Below are positions 29,414 through 40,400 of a stretch of DNA of 64,000 bases, piece after piece; position 1 is the stretch's first letter, and every line of letters begins with the position of its first letter. The position numbers were made by a program, and so were the translations under genes. Under the pieces are notes generated by a model. That model saw nothing but the letters and a program-made list of their open reading frames with translations. It had not been told where the DNA came from and did no database searches. Source of the stretch: Candidatus Poribacteria bacterium (lineage in GTDB: Bacteria > Poribacteria > WGA-4E > PCPOR2b). Where the stretch lies: NCBI GenBank assembly GCA_965215015.1, contig OZ244042.1, forward strand, positions 4,352,001-4,416,000, read 5' to 3'.

Positions 29414-29440
29414 GTAGTCGGCATACTCCGTATGCCGTAA
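29414..29440. repeat. REP-like palindrome GGCATACTCCGTATGCC
   Basis: Repeated at 42153-42169; degenerate copy near 21448-21472. Confidence 0.65.
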
Positions 29441-29686
29441 CCTTCGTATGCAGTTGGTTAAGCTGCTTATCTCACCTTAATGGCTGGCGGCGTGAGTCTA
29501 CTAGCCCAATCTCCCCCTAGCGGGGCAATATGTGAATAGCATTGGAGCCATGCACGATAAATCGAGAAAAACAACTCCTAGCACAGCAACCCGTCTAGCT
29601 AGTATTTGTCGAGTGTAGAAATTCGACCTACGAATTTTCTAGCAACTTGAGTTAGTACGGTTCTGTCGCGTGAAGCGAAGGTGGTT

Positions 29687-30715
29687 CTATTGGCTTGCCT
29701 CTGCCATTGTGATCCACTCGGTTTTTGGCGTCGTCGGTGTCAGGCGATAATGCAGCTTTACTTCAATTTTTTCTGTGTCACTGAGAGTATACACGAATTC
29801 TCGCGTTTCACCGGGTGATATTCGGTTGGTTTCAGGTTTCTCCGACGTGTCGGAAATGAAAGCTTGTTCATAGCGATTCACCGCCCCATTCGCATCGGAG
29901 ATTTTAACGTCGAGAATAATCGTCCGCAAGACTCCACCCGGAAGGAGATGTCCCGCCTTATTGGTCAGACGAACAGTCGCCTTGCCCTCTGCTCGGACAA
30001 TTTTCAGGTTTGCAGCACTTTTGAGTTTACTAACACTACGGCTGCCTATCCATGTATGCCGCCGGACCGAGACAGTTTCGTAGCTATGGACGCTTAGCGA
30101 CCGTTTGACAGCGGGCATGTGGCAGGTGGCGCAGTTCAACCCCTTTTCCGCAGCGGGACTGTTGTTGAAGCTGGCAACCTGATTGTGTTCAGGCACACTC
30201 GGTTGACCGTGGCAGGTAGCGCAAAGTTCAGTCGGCTTGGCGTGAGCCTCGGAAGTCACGTTCGCATGATACATCGGATTGGTGCTCTCGTGGGGTCCGT
30301 GCATTGCGCCGTGTGCGTCGATATGGCATACGATGCAAGAAACGCCATACTTCCGATCTCCGGCTCGCAGCTTCGGCATTTTGCCGATACCGGTGATTAG
30401 AATCGGTTCGGGGGCATGGCACGGATCGCACTTCTTCTCGCGATCTTCGACCTGACTCGCGGCTTCTTGGTAGATTGGATCCTCCCACGCCTTGGCGTGC
30501 ATCGATCTCTCCCATTCACGCCAGATTGCTGGGTGACACCTCTTGCACATTTTTTTCTGTGTAAAATCTCGGTAAATGTTATCATAGCTAAGATAGCTAG
30601 GCGTGAAGATTGATTCCTCTTCGGTTTCGCCAGCAGCCGCTATCTGTCCACCCGTCCTCGTGAATACAAGGAGCAGAGAAATTAATAAAATTCGTATATT
30701 CAAAGCTGATGTCAT
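29687..30715 (-). CDS. Exported multihaem c-type cytochrome (5 CxxCH)
   Basis: CKRCH, CDPCH, CIVCH, CATCH, CATCH; W..SMHA.A..DP pattern; N-terminal signal peptide from ATG 30715. Confidence 0.88.
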   Translation of the reverse strand: MTSALNIRILLISLLLVFTRTGGQIAAAGETEEESIFTPSYLSYDNIYRDFTQKKMCKRCHPAIWREWERSMHAKAWEDPIYQEAASQVEDREKKCDPCHAPEPILITGIGKMPKLRAGDRKYGVSCIVCHIDAHGAMHGPHESTNPMYHANVTSEAHAKPTELCATCHGQPSVPEHNQVASFNNSPAAEKGLNCATCHMPAVKRSLSVHSYETVSVRRHTWIGSRSVSKLKSAANLKIVRAEGKATVRLTNKAGHLLPGGVLRTIILDVKISDANGAVNRYEQAFISDTSEKPETNRISPGETREFVYTLSDTEKIEVKLHYRLTPTTPKTEWITMAEASQ

Positions 30716-30723
30716 TTTAATCT

Positions 30724-32157
30724 TTACTCCAGAAGAAGAGATGCTGCTTGCTCCCCGCTGTTGACACAATCCGGGATGCCGATTCCGCGATAGGCGTTTC
30801 CAGCAAGTGCAAACCCGGGCAGCTTTCTCGCTTGCGTCTCGATTTCTGCCACCAGCTCCAGATGCCCCAGATGGTATTGCGCCATTGCGTTCGGGTGTTT
30901 GTACACGAAAGCCAACTGCGGATCTCCTTTGAGTCCAAGCAATTCGTGCAGCTCCCTAAGAACGGATTCGACTATCTCCGATTCGGAGCGGCGGAAATAC
31001 GTCTCTCCCCTGCTTCCTGCTCCGCCCACATAAGCGCGTAACAGGGCATAGTCCTCTGGCGCACGTCCCGCAAATTTAACGCTGCTGAATGTGCATCCGA
31101 TAATCGAGCGTTCCTCAACGGCGGGTACAACAAAGCCCATTCCGTTGAGAGGGTGTTCAATATCCGATCGGCGGAAAGCAAGGTTCACAATGGCGGAGGA
31201 GGCATAGGGGATAGAGGCGAGGGATTCCGACAGGCTTGGGGCGACCGTTTCGACTAAGTCCGCTGCATGGTGTGCGGGGAGCGCAACGCAGATTAGATCG
31301 CTCTCCATCTGTTTCCCATTCGCTAGATGTATCTGCCATTTCTGCTCCTGATTTCGGTAATCCAGACGACTGACTTTCGTTCCAAGCTGTATGCAATTAT
31401 CAGGCAAACGCTCGGCGAGAGTATCGGTCAGGGTTTGCATCCCAGATTTGAAAGAGAGGAACATGCCATAGCGAGGACCGCTTGTGCCGCTAGCCCCACC
31501 TTGGGATTCTTTTTTTCGTGCAACCAAGGCTTTGATTATGCTGCGATGCTTCTTCTCCATCTCAAGGAATTGCGGCATCGTAGCTTTGAGGCTTAGATTT
31601 TTCCCATCTGCGGTGTAGATGCCCCCTATCATCGGCTGTGCTATCCGTGTGAACGCTTCCTTTCCCAATCGACGCGTGATAAAACCTTCCAGTGATTCAT
31701 CTTCATCGTTTCGTCGGCGGGGTATGACCCAATCTAACCCCATCCGCAGTTTTCCGTGCCAACTGAAGATTGGCGTCTTTACAAAGGGTAAGAAAGAAGC
31801 GGGGGCCATCAGGTAGAAGCCATCGGGAACAGGATACAGTTTTCCTTTGCACAGGACGAAGCTGCGTCGTTCCCTCTGATTGGTGCTAAGAAACTGATCG
31901 GCGATGCCCAACTCTTCAGACAGGGCTTTTGCCCACGGCTTTGTGGAAAGGAAAACGTCGGGACCGTGTTCGATAACAAAACCGTCCTGCTTTGATGTGT
32001 GGATTGCCCCCCCGACGCGGTTTGCCGCTTCGATCAGTTTCACATCAAGGGGAATGCCGCGTTGGGCTGATTCAGTGACTAATCGGTAGCATGTTGTCAG
32101 GCCAGCGATACCGCCGCCGATGACGCTTACCTGTTTTCGGTTTGAGGTGTTTACCAT
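30724..32157 (-). CDS. hemY: Proto-/coproporphyrinogen oxidase, HemY type
   Basis: GGGIAGL, E.GPD.F, P..GGIY, QY.LGH, GNAY.GIGIPDC. Confidence 0.92.
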   Translation of the reverse strand: MVNTSNRKQVSVIGGGIAGLTTCYRLVTESAQRGIPLDVKLIEAANRVGGAIHTSKQDGFVIEHGPDVFLSTKPWAKALSEELGIADQFLSTNQRERRSFVLCKGKLYPVPDGFYLMAPASFLPFVKTPIFSWHGKLRMGLDWVIPRRRNDEDESLEGFITRRLGKEAFTRIAQPMIGGIYTADGKNLSLKATMPQFLEMEKKHRSIIKALVARKKESQGGASGTSGPRYGMFLSFKSGMQTLTDTLAERLPDNCIQLGTKVSRLDYRNQEQKWQIHLANGKQMESDLICVALPAHHAADLVETVAPSLSESLASIPYASSAIVNLAFRRSDIEHPLNGMGFVVPAVEERSIIGCTFSSVKFAGRAPEDYALLRAYVGGAGSRGETYFRRSESEIVESVLRELHELLGLKGDPQLAFVYKHPNAMAQYHLGHLELVAEIETQARKLPGFALAGNAYRGIGIPDCVNSGEQAASLLLE

Positions 32158-32160
32158 GCC

Positions 32161-33897
32161 TTACCATCCGATTGCGTACGATGTTGATCTTGGATCCGCC
32201 CCGCCCGTACGGACGCCGGTATCGTGATCGACGGTGATAGCGCAGACACAGCTGACCGATCCCCAGTCTTGATTATCGTGGACGATGTGTCCGCGTTCTC
32301 TTAAAACCTCTCGTACCCCCGCGTCAACACGCGCTTCAACGGTCACCTCGCCGGGCTGAATACCGTGGGGCCAGAACGAGTTAGGGAAACTGTGCGTAAC
32401 AGCGCGGGGTGCCTCGATAGCCTCCTGCGGCTCCATCCCAAATTCGACGATATTGAGGAAGACCTGTAGCATCCCCTGAACCTGTGCATCTCCACCGGGG
32501 CAGCCGAAAGGCATGAACGGCTTTCCATCCTTGAGAGCCAGCGCGGGGTTCGGTGTGAGGCGTGGACGCTTCCGCGGCTGCAGACAACACGGATGCTCCG
32601 GATCGAGCCATGTCTGTGTGCCACGCGACGAGATTGGGAAGCCCAAGCCCGGAATGACAGGTGTTCCCCCAACGCCGTCTGAGGGCGTTGCTGAAAAGGC
32701 GTTGCCGACTTCATCAACCACGCAGATGTAGCTGGTATCCGTTTCCCATTCGGATGTATATTCCGGTCGGGGACAATCCGGATTCAAAGTTGGGAAGGGA
32801 CCATTTTCGCGACGGGGTTCGGGATGGAATCGCCACGGATTGCCGGGCACCGGCATATCGGGCGCAGCGTGTTGTGGGTCAATTGCTCTGCGCCTTTCGG
32901 CGGCATATCTTCCATCTAGTAATCCCGCCATTGGCACCTGCACAAAATCAGGGTCGCCAAAGTAGGCGTGCCTATCTGCAAAGGCGAGCTTGAGGGATTC
33001 GACCATGGTGTGGAGATAGTCCGCGCTGTTGTGTCCAACCGCCTTCAGATCAACCCCTTCGAGGATTTTCAACGCCATGTTTAGTGTGGGACCTTGACAC
33101 CAGGGTCCGCAGGTGTAAACATCATAGCCTTTGTAGGTGATATGCTCCGGCGGCTCGACGCGCACTGAAAACGATGCCAGATCCTCGTAAGTCAGCAGAC
33201 CACCCTCTGCCCGATAGAAATCGGCGATTTCGTGGGCGATTTCACCCTTGTAGATTAGGTCACGTGCCGCATGGATACCGGCATGTCGATCTCCACTATT
33301 TTTGCGTTCGGCTTCGATCATCCGCTTGAAAGTTTCTGCGAGGTCTTTTTGGACAAAGATCTCTCCAATGTGGGGTACATGTCCACCGGGGTTGTACACC
33401 GCGGCGGTTGAGGGGCAATTTCTGACGCTGTCCCCACTTACAAGTCCGTAAAACTGGTCATCGACGGGTCTCCCGTTTTCCACAAGGTCTAAGGCGGGTT
33501 GGATGACCTGTTCAAACGTCATTGTGCCGAATCGCGCAAGTGCCGTCAGCCATCCATCGGGAGCTGCGGGGGTGACTGTACGCAGAATCCCGGCGGGCAG
33601 ATCTCCGCTGTGATGTTTGTGGAAGTAGTCCATCGTTGCAGCTTGGGGCCATCGTCCGAGCCCGCTAACCGTTTCAACGGGTCCACCTGACGCTGGACAG
33701 TAGATAATCGGCGCGACGCCACCAAAGTGTGCAGAACCGGGCTGCAGGACGTTGATACAAATGCCAGTCGCTACACCGGCGTCGGCGGCGTTGCCTCCAC
33801 TTTCGAGGATGCGAACTCCCGCCATCGTTGCGAGATAGTGAAGCGATGAGACAAGATAACGTTTCCCTCGTACTGAGGGGCGGTGACTGTTTGGCAT
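32161..33897 (-). CDS. Gamma-glutamyltransferase family protein
   Basis: GGNAADA, KLAFADR..Y.GDP, DTSY Ntn-nucleophile site, GGADPR; ATG 33897 after GAGGAG. Confidence 0.92.
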   Translation of the reverse strand: MPNSHRPSVRGKRYLVSSLHYLATMAGVRILESGGNAADAGVATGICINVLQPGSAHFGGVAPIIYCPASGGPVETVSGLGRWPQAATMDYFHKHHSGDLPAGILRTVTPAAPDGWLTALARFGTMTFEQVIQPALDLVENGRPVDDQFYGLVSGDSVRNCPSTAAVYNPGGHVPHIGEIFVQKDLAETFKRMIEAERKNSGDRHAGIHAARDLIYKGEIAHEIADFYRAEGGLLTYEDLASFSVRVEPPEHITYKGYDVYTCGPWCQGPTLNMALKILEGVDLKAVGHNSADYLHTMVESLKLAFADRHAYFGDPDFVQVPMAGLLDGRYAAERRRAIDPQHAAPDMPVPGNPWRFHPEPRRENGPFPTLNPDCPRPEYTSEWETDTSYICVVDEVGNAFSATPSDGVGGTPVIPGLGFPISSRGTQTWLDPEHPCCLQPRKRPRLTPNPALALKDGKPFMPFGCPGGDAQVQGMLQVFLNIVEFGMEPQEAIEAPRAVTHSFPNSFWPHGIQPGEVTVEARVDAGVREVLRERGHIVHDNQDWGSVSCVCAITVDHDTGVRTGGADPRSTSYAIGW

Positions 33898-34041
33898 GGG
33901 TATTTCTCCTCTCTTAAGAAGTTCATTAAACTGATGGACCATGTACGTTGTGTTCAGGCATCACGTTTCACGCATTCTATAGACATATCTCATCACTCAG
34001 AAAGTGTGTGGAGAATATAGCTCATGGGATTCTTGGCTAAA

Positions 34042-35028
34042 TCAAGCGTCCGGCACTTCCCAATCGAGCAGCACCCCCAGTGCCTCATTCATTCGGGTGT
34101 AGAGCAGGTCAAATGCGGCAGCAGCTTCGGTGTAAGGGAAGCGGTGGGTCGTCATTTTCTCTGTCTGGATAACCCCTGAACCGAGCAGCTGCATCGCTCG
34201 CAGTGCTACGCCGGCGGGAACAACTTGGCCATAATAGCCGCCGAGGAGTCTCCGCCGTTGGATCTTGCTCGACATGAGCGGCAACGGTTGATCTTCATAT
34301 AAGCCAATCAGATGTAGCAACCCACCGACCGCTAGCATATCCAAGCCCTGATCGAAGGCTTTCGGCCCCGCCGGTCCACCGACAGCGTAAGCCACTATGT
34401 TCGCGCCGACTCCGTTGGTCAATTTCTGGACAGCTCGGACGGGATTTTCGTCGCTGGCATTGATGACTGCGTCTGCCCCTAACTCCTCGGAGAGTGTGCA
34501 TCGGCTATCAAGTGTGTCCACTGCAATAATACGCCCACGTCCATTGGCTTTTGCGACCTGCATCAGGAGGCTGCCGACTAACCCCTGTCCAATAATGACC
34601 ACCGTATCGTAAGGCTGGATGTCCTCGATGTCTATCCAAGACACGGCACCGGAGGTCAGCGGATAGTAGGTTGCTTGGTCGAAATTCACCGACGGTAGCA
34701 TGGGGACAACTTGGGCTTGGTCTTGGGGCGAGCTCAAATGGACGGGCCGAACGGTATATTGTGCATGTGGTGCTGAAGCGACAACGCGATCACCTATAGC
34801 GTAGTGTTCAACTCCATCGCCGACGGCGTCGACGATTCCTGCGAGTGAATATCCCATGCTTTCGGGATTGACCGCATATTCGCGGGTATACCGTCCTCCC
34901 ATCTCTGAGCCTCGACTGATGAGGCTCCGCACGGCTTTGACACGGACCTGGCCGGGACCGGGTTCAGGCATCGGTGCATCTTCGATAACAACGTTAAATT
35001 TCCCTTCTGGCTTGGCGACTCGTTTCAT
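34042..35028 (-). CDS. MDR-family oxidoreductase
   Basis: SLISRGSE, GYS..G, GQGLVG, THRFP; lacks the structural zinc cysteines. Confidence 0.85.
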   Translation of the reverse strand: MKRVAKPEGKFNVVIEDAPMPEPGPGQVRVKAVRSLISRGSEMGGRYTREYAVNPESMGYSLAGIVDAVGDGVEHYAIGDRVVASAPHAQYTVRPVHLSSPQDQAQVVPMLPSVNFDQATYYPLTSGAVSWIDIEDIQPYDTVVIIGQGLVGSLLMQVAKANGRGRIIAVDTLDSRCTLSEELGADAVINASDENPVRAVQKLTNGVGANIVAYAVGGPAGPKAFDQGLDMLAVGGLLHLIGLYEDQPLPLMSSKIQRRRLLGGYYGQVVPAGVALRAMQLLGSGVIQTEKMTTHRFPYTEAAAAFDLLYTRMNEALGVLLDWEVPDA

Positions 35029-35065
35029 TCAGTATTCCTTTCCATTCCGCGTTAGCGTTTGTCCA

Positions 35066-35487
35066 TTAGGCCTTCTTCCTCGGTTTCCATTCACGCGCCA
35101 AACGCTGGGCTTCCGCAATTTGAGCAGGAGTCATCGCTTCAGCGATTCTATCGCGCTCTTCGTAGGCTATCTCCATACCTGATATTCCCGCGAGATTATA
35201 CCACATATGCGCGATGACGAGTTTTGAGCAACACCCCTACCATTTTTATACATCGCACCAAGTTTAAACTGTGCCAAGAAATAATCTTGCGCTGCGGTTT
35301 TGTAATCTCCTCGTTTATAAGCATCCATACCCGCCTGATAGTTCACCCACACAGACGCAGCAGTAGATAAGCACATCATCAAAACAGAAATTACACCCTG
35401 CAGCGTTGAATAGCATACAATTTGCCCCCAATCTTGATGGGACTGGGGACTTTGCACACGTTGTTTCGCACCCTTAGTTCTCCACAC
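35066..35487 (-). pseudogene. Sel1-repeat exported protein pseudogene (frameshift, likely internal deletion)
   Basis: YQAGMDAYKRGDYKTA..AQFKLGAMYKNGRGVAQN, then after a frameshift near 35220 VIAHMWYNLAG..RDRIAEAMTPAQIAEAQRLAREWKPRKKA*. Confidence 0.8.
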
Positions 35488-35648
35488 ATTTTTTGCCCTC
35501 GTGAATCACCTTCCTTTTGTTAATGTTGACACAAGTTAATACCGAATAATTGTGTTGGGTAAATTGTATAAACCTGATACAATAAAAATATACCACGATG
35601 AATAAACCGAGTCAATTGAAATATCCAAATTATACAGGAGGGTGTTTG

Positions 35649-36806
35649 ATGAAGATTACTGATATTAAGGCGTTTCCGGTGCGGGTAGGCGGCACCCAAC
35701 TTGTGGTGAAAGTGGAGACTGATGCGGGGATTTATGGGGTGGGTGAAGCTGGCATACCCAGCCGCGCTTTGGCTGTGAGTGGAGCCGTTCGGCATTATCG
35801 TGAATTTCTGGTCGGTCAAGATCCGATGCGTATCGGGGCTTTGTGGCAGGAGATGTATCGGAGCCAATATTTTGAGGGCGGCCGTGTCCTCACCGCCGCC
35901 ATCGCTGCAATTGACATCGCGCTTCATGACATCGCCGGTAAAGCTTTGGGGGTTCCGGTCTATCAACTGCTTGGTGGGAAACAACGGGATTATGTCCCTT
36001 GCTTCGCGACAACCCACGCCCAATCGGCAGAGCAGCTGATCGCGGATGCCAATTTATTGATTGAAAATGGGTGGAATGTCATCCGGACATGGATAGCGCG
36101 GGGGGCGGAGGGACCGAATCAAAATATTTTCGAGCCTCGCGAATCAATTGCGCTGACAGCGACGTGGCTGACACAGCTGCGAGAGGCTATTGGTCCTGAA
36201 CCTGTCCTCGGCGTTGACTACCATCATCGTCTCAGTGTTGCGGAAGCGGCTTCTTTCTGTCATCGGATGCCTCCCGGCACCCTTGATTTTTTGGAGGAAC
36301 CAATCCGAGATGAGACGCCGGAGGCCTATGAATCGTTGCGAACGATGGTAGATGTGCCCTTCGCGATTGGGGAGGAGATTTCGAGCAAATGGGATTTTCT
36401 TCCTTACATTGAACGGGGGATTACCAATTTTGTTCGTCTTGACGTTTGCAATGTTGGGGGGTTGACAGAGGCGATGAAGGTTGCTAGTTTGGCGGAAGTG
36501 CACTACATTGACCTCATGCCGCATAACCCCTTGGGAACGGTTTGTACTGCAGCGACAATTCACTTGGCGGCGGCGGTGCCCAATTTTGCATGGCTCGAGA
36601 TAAGGGAATCGCCAACGGAACGTTCGGGACGCTATGATACGGACCTATTTCCTGTCCAACCGCAGCCTGAAGGCTCGCGCTTTCCAGTTCCCGAGTTACC
36701 GGGGCTTGGGGTCGAGTTCAATGAGGACTTGGCACTTGCAAATCCTGCGGGGATTGGGCAGGGACCTCTCCTCCGCCGACGCGATGGATCTGTTACCAAT
36801 GCGTAA
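35649..36806 (+). CDS. Mandelate racemase/galactonate dehydratase-like enolase-superfamily enzyme
   Basis: MKITDIK, IDIALHDI.GK..GVPVYQLLGG, DYHH, EEP, GEE, MPHNP; ATG 35649 after GGAGG. Confidence 0.9.
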   Translation: MKITDIKAFPVRVGGTQLVVKVETDAGIYGVGEAGIPSRALAVSGAVRHYREFLVGQDPMRIGALWQEMYRSQYFEGGRVLTAAIAAIDIALHDIAGKALGVPVYQLLGGKQRDYVPCFATTHAQSAEQLIADANLLIENGWNVIRTWIARGAEGPNQNIFEPRESIALTATWLTQLREAIGPEPVLGVDYHHRLSVAEAASFCHRMPPGTLDFLEEPIRDETPEAYESLRTMVDVPFAIGEEISSKWDFLPYIERGITNFVRLDVCNVGGLTEAMKVASLAEVHYIDLMPHNPLGTVCTAATIHLAAAVPNFAWLEIRESPTERSGRYDTDLFPVQPQPEGSRFPVPELPGLGVEFNEDLALANPAGIGQGPLLRRRDGSVTNA

Positions 36807-36920
36807 AGGTTGGGTTGTTCTGAATGACCTAAGTTGCTCCTTAAAACTCCAGTGGGGGGGTCATTTTCAGCAACTCCCGATGTGGCTCAACTGGAATCTC
36901 AAGAAGTAAGGGAGAAACAG

Positions 36921-37040
36921 ATGAGTATGATAGATACCTTCAAAATGAATAAGAGTGTCCTTTCAGTAATAGCACTTTCTGACAGGTCAGACGAAAGGGA
37001 ATATTACGCCACAGGAACACTTAGAAGCCGTTGAGTTGAT
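36921..37040 (+). pseudogene. Fragment of a small antitoxin-like gene
   Basis: MSMIDTFKMNKSVLSVIALSDRSDEREY / TPQEHLEAVEL across a frameshift resembles small TA antitoxins; ends abruptly. Confidence 0.45.
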
Positions 37041-37459
37041 CTGCACTGCCCCCGCTTGCAGAACACCATCAACTTGTGAAACGGGGGACAGAGTTGATAA
37101 TAGATGAGGAAAAGTCGGTTGGCGGAGGCCTCGGACGACCGTCGGGGGCGCGGTTCCGTACCTATGAACGGCTGAAGCAGTACGCCAACGAGGTAAAAGG
37201 AATGCTATTTGATACGCAAGACCTCGGACGAGCCATTGAAGACATCAATCGATACCCGTTGCGTCAGGAGGCGACCGACGCCCTGAATCGCCAACTGCGT
37301 AGCGATATTTCCGATCAAGCCCTGGCGGAACGGGTAATCGCGCTGCGGAACGAAGATCGGCTCTGTATTATTCAAGAGGAGGCGCGAACACGAGAACCGC
37401 AGATTATCTGTTCATTGGGGCTTGCCGCCAGCGAAGGAGAGAACACCGATGCCAATTAA
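37041..37459 (+). pseudogene. C-terminal remnant of the helicase typically encoded upstream of this MTase family
   Basis: ALPPLAEHHQLVKRG..EEKSVGGGLGRPSGARFRTYERLK..YPLRQ.A.D.LNRQLRS..EPQIICSLGL; no helicase motifs remain; overlaps the MTase start. Confidence 0.65.
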
Positions 37460-40400
37460 TCGCGACCAAACCTGCCAACTCCTTGGAGACTTTGAATTTG
37501 AAACGCTCCTGATTGAAGAGCTCGGTTGGGATTACCACACACAAAGTCTCAACATTACCATTGATGAAACCGAATACCTATTGATCGCAATTGCCGAGAA
37601 ACGCGGGATGGTTGTCTTTCACTGCCCGGCAAGGACCGATGGAAATATTCCAGATTATGCGACCCGGCGTAAAATTCAACGGGAGGTTGCCAAATCTGTC
37701 CACGAACACCTCATTATTTATACTAACACTGAGAGAACCACACAGATTTGGCAATGGGTCAAACGGGAGCCGGGGAAACCCCTCGCATGTCGTGAACACC
37801 GTTACGATTCTGAACAGTCCGGTGAGTCCCTAATTCAAAAACTGGAAACGATTGCTGTTAGCTTCGACGAGGAAGAAGACATCACACTGCCGGACGTCAC
37901 CGGGCGCGTTCGGGCAGCTTTTGACGTAGAACGCGTGACCAAACGATTCTATGACCGTTTCAAGACGGAACACGCCCAGTTCCTCAATTTTCTCGAAGGG
38001 ATTCCCGATTCAGAGATGGAACGCTGGTACGCCTCTGTGATGCTGAATCGCTTGATGTTCATCTACTTTATTCAGAAAAAGGGCTTCCTGAACGACGATA
38101 TTGAATATTTGCGGACCAAGCTGACAGGAAGCCAAGTCAACGGTAATGATCGATACTACACCGATTTTCTCTGTCCACTCTTCTTTGAGGGATTTGCAAA
38201 ACCAGAATCGGAACGGAGCAGAGAGGTACATCGCTTGCTCGGAAAAGTGCCTTACCTGAACGGCGGCATCTTCCAACGACACCAACTTGAAGAAATTTAT
38301 GGGGAAAGGATTCAAATCGCTGACGCTGCATTCGAGAAGCTTTTTAACTTCTTTGAAGATTACCAATGGCACCTCGATGAACGTCCACTGCGGAACGATA
38401 ACGAGATTAACCCCGATGTCCTCGGTTACATCTTTGAAAAATATATCAACCAGAAGCAGATGGGCGCGTACTACACCAAAGAGGACATCACGGAGTATAT
38501 CAGCAAAAACACGGTGATTCCGTTCCTGTTTGATGCCGCACGCAAGGAGTGTAAAATCGCTTTCGAGGGGGAAGCAAGTGTCTGGGGACTGCTACAAGCC
38601 AACCCAGACCGTTACATCTACGATGCTGTCAAAACAGGTGTCAAAGGAGATCTGCCATCGGAGATTGCGGCAGGGATTGACGATGTATCCAAACGCGGAC
38701 TGTGGAACACACTTGCGCCCGATGAATACGCTTTGCCGACCGAAACATGGCGAGAGACCGTCGCACGGCGGAGCCGATACGAAGCAGTTCGCACCCAGCT
38801 GTCAAACGGCGAAATAGATGAGGTTAATGCACTCATTACCTATAATCTCGACATCCGTCAATTCGCACAGGACGTGATCGAAAATTGTGAAGGGCCCGAG
38901 CTACTGCGCGCCTTCTGGAAAGCCATCACTCAGGTGACCATCCTCGATCCGACCTGCGGTTCCGGCGCGTTCCTATTTGCCGCCCTCAATATCCTTGAAC
39001 CGCTCTACGAAGCGTGTCTGGATCAGATGGAAATATTCCTTGACGACCTACAACACTCGCCCCGCTTGCGGGGGGGTAGAGATTTTCGCAAAATCCTTAA
39101 AAGCATCGATCAACACCCCAACCGCCGCTATTTCATCCTGAAGTCAATTATTATCAACAACCTTTACGGTGTAGACATTATGGAGGAGGCGATAGAAATT
39201 TGCAAGTTGCGGCTCTTCCTCAAAATGGTGGCACAGATCGAGGACGTGCGACAGATTGAACCGCTCCCCGACATCGACTTTAATATACAGGGGGGGAATA
39301 CACTCGTCGGCTATGCGACATACGACGAAGTAGAAAAAGCGGTCACCGAAAACAGAATAGACTTCGACAACACCATGGAAAGCCTCCAAGAAAAGGCAGA
39401 GGATGTCGAGTATTTGTTTGCTCTGTTTCGTCAGCAGCAGACGGAATTGGGCGGGGCCGTCAAGTCTAATGACAAACAGGCCTTACGCGATAAGCTCAAA
39501 GCGTTAGAAGATGAACTCAACCGATACCTTGCCGGAGAGTACGGCGTAGATCCGAACAAGAAAGCTGCTTACCAGAAGTGGCTCTCTTCACACAAGCCGT
39601 TTCATTGGTTCATAGAGTTTTACGGCATTCTCAAGGCCGGTGGCTTTGATGTAATTATCGGCAATCCACCGTATGTAGAATATAGCAAAGTAAAAAAACA
39701 ATACACAGTAATGGAAGCCCAAACCGAAAAGTGCGGGAATTTGTATCCGATGACCATTGAAAGATCTATTAATTTAAATAAAGGGCTAGTTGGAATGATT
39801 GTCCAATTGCCTTTAGTATGTACTGATCGCATGATACCGGCACAATCACTCTTCAAGACACGACACCGAAAAAGCTGGTTTGCCAATTTCGATGACAGAC
39901 CGGGAAAACTCTTTGATGACTTACAGCATATACGTGCCACCATTTTCCTCTCTAAAAAAGAAAAAAACCTGGATATGACTGAACTGTATGCCACGCAATA
40001 TAAAAGATGGTTTACGAAAGCCCGTTCGACTCTCTTTGAGGACATAGCTTATGAAGATATAACCAAAATTTGCTTTAAAGGTGCGTTCCCTAAGATAGGA
40101 GACTCTGTCGGGAAACGCATTGCCACCAAGCTCAAGAATACAAATAGATCTATTTTGAGTTTTAAGACTGGACAATTTCCTTGTTATTTTCATAATTCAC
40201 CCCAATACTGGATCCGTGCTACGGATTTTGTTCCCTATTTCTGGAATGAACGAGATGGCGAAAAAATGTCAACCCAGGTCAAACCTTTGTATTTAACAAC
40301 AGAATTAGATGCAGGCGTAGTCGTAGCAACTTTGAACAGTTCACTCTTTTATTGGTGGTTTATTCTTCTCTCTGATTGCCGCCACTTGAATTTACGTGAG

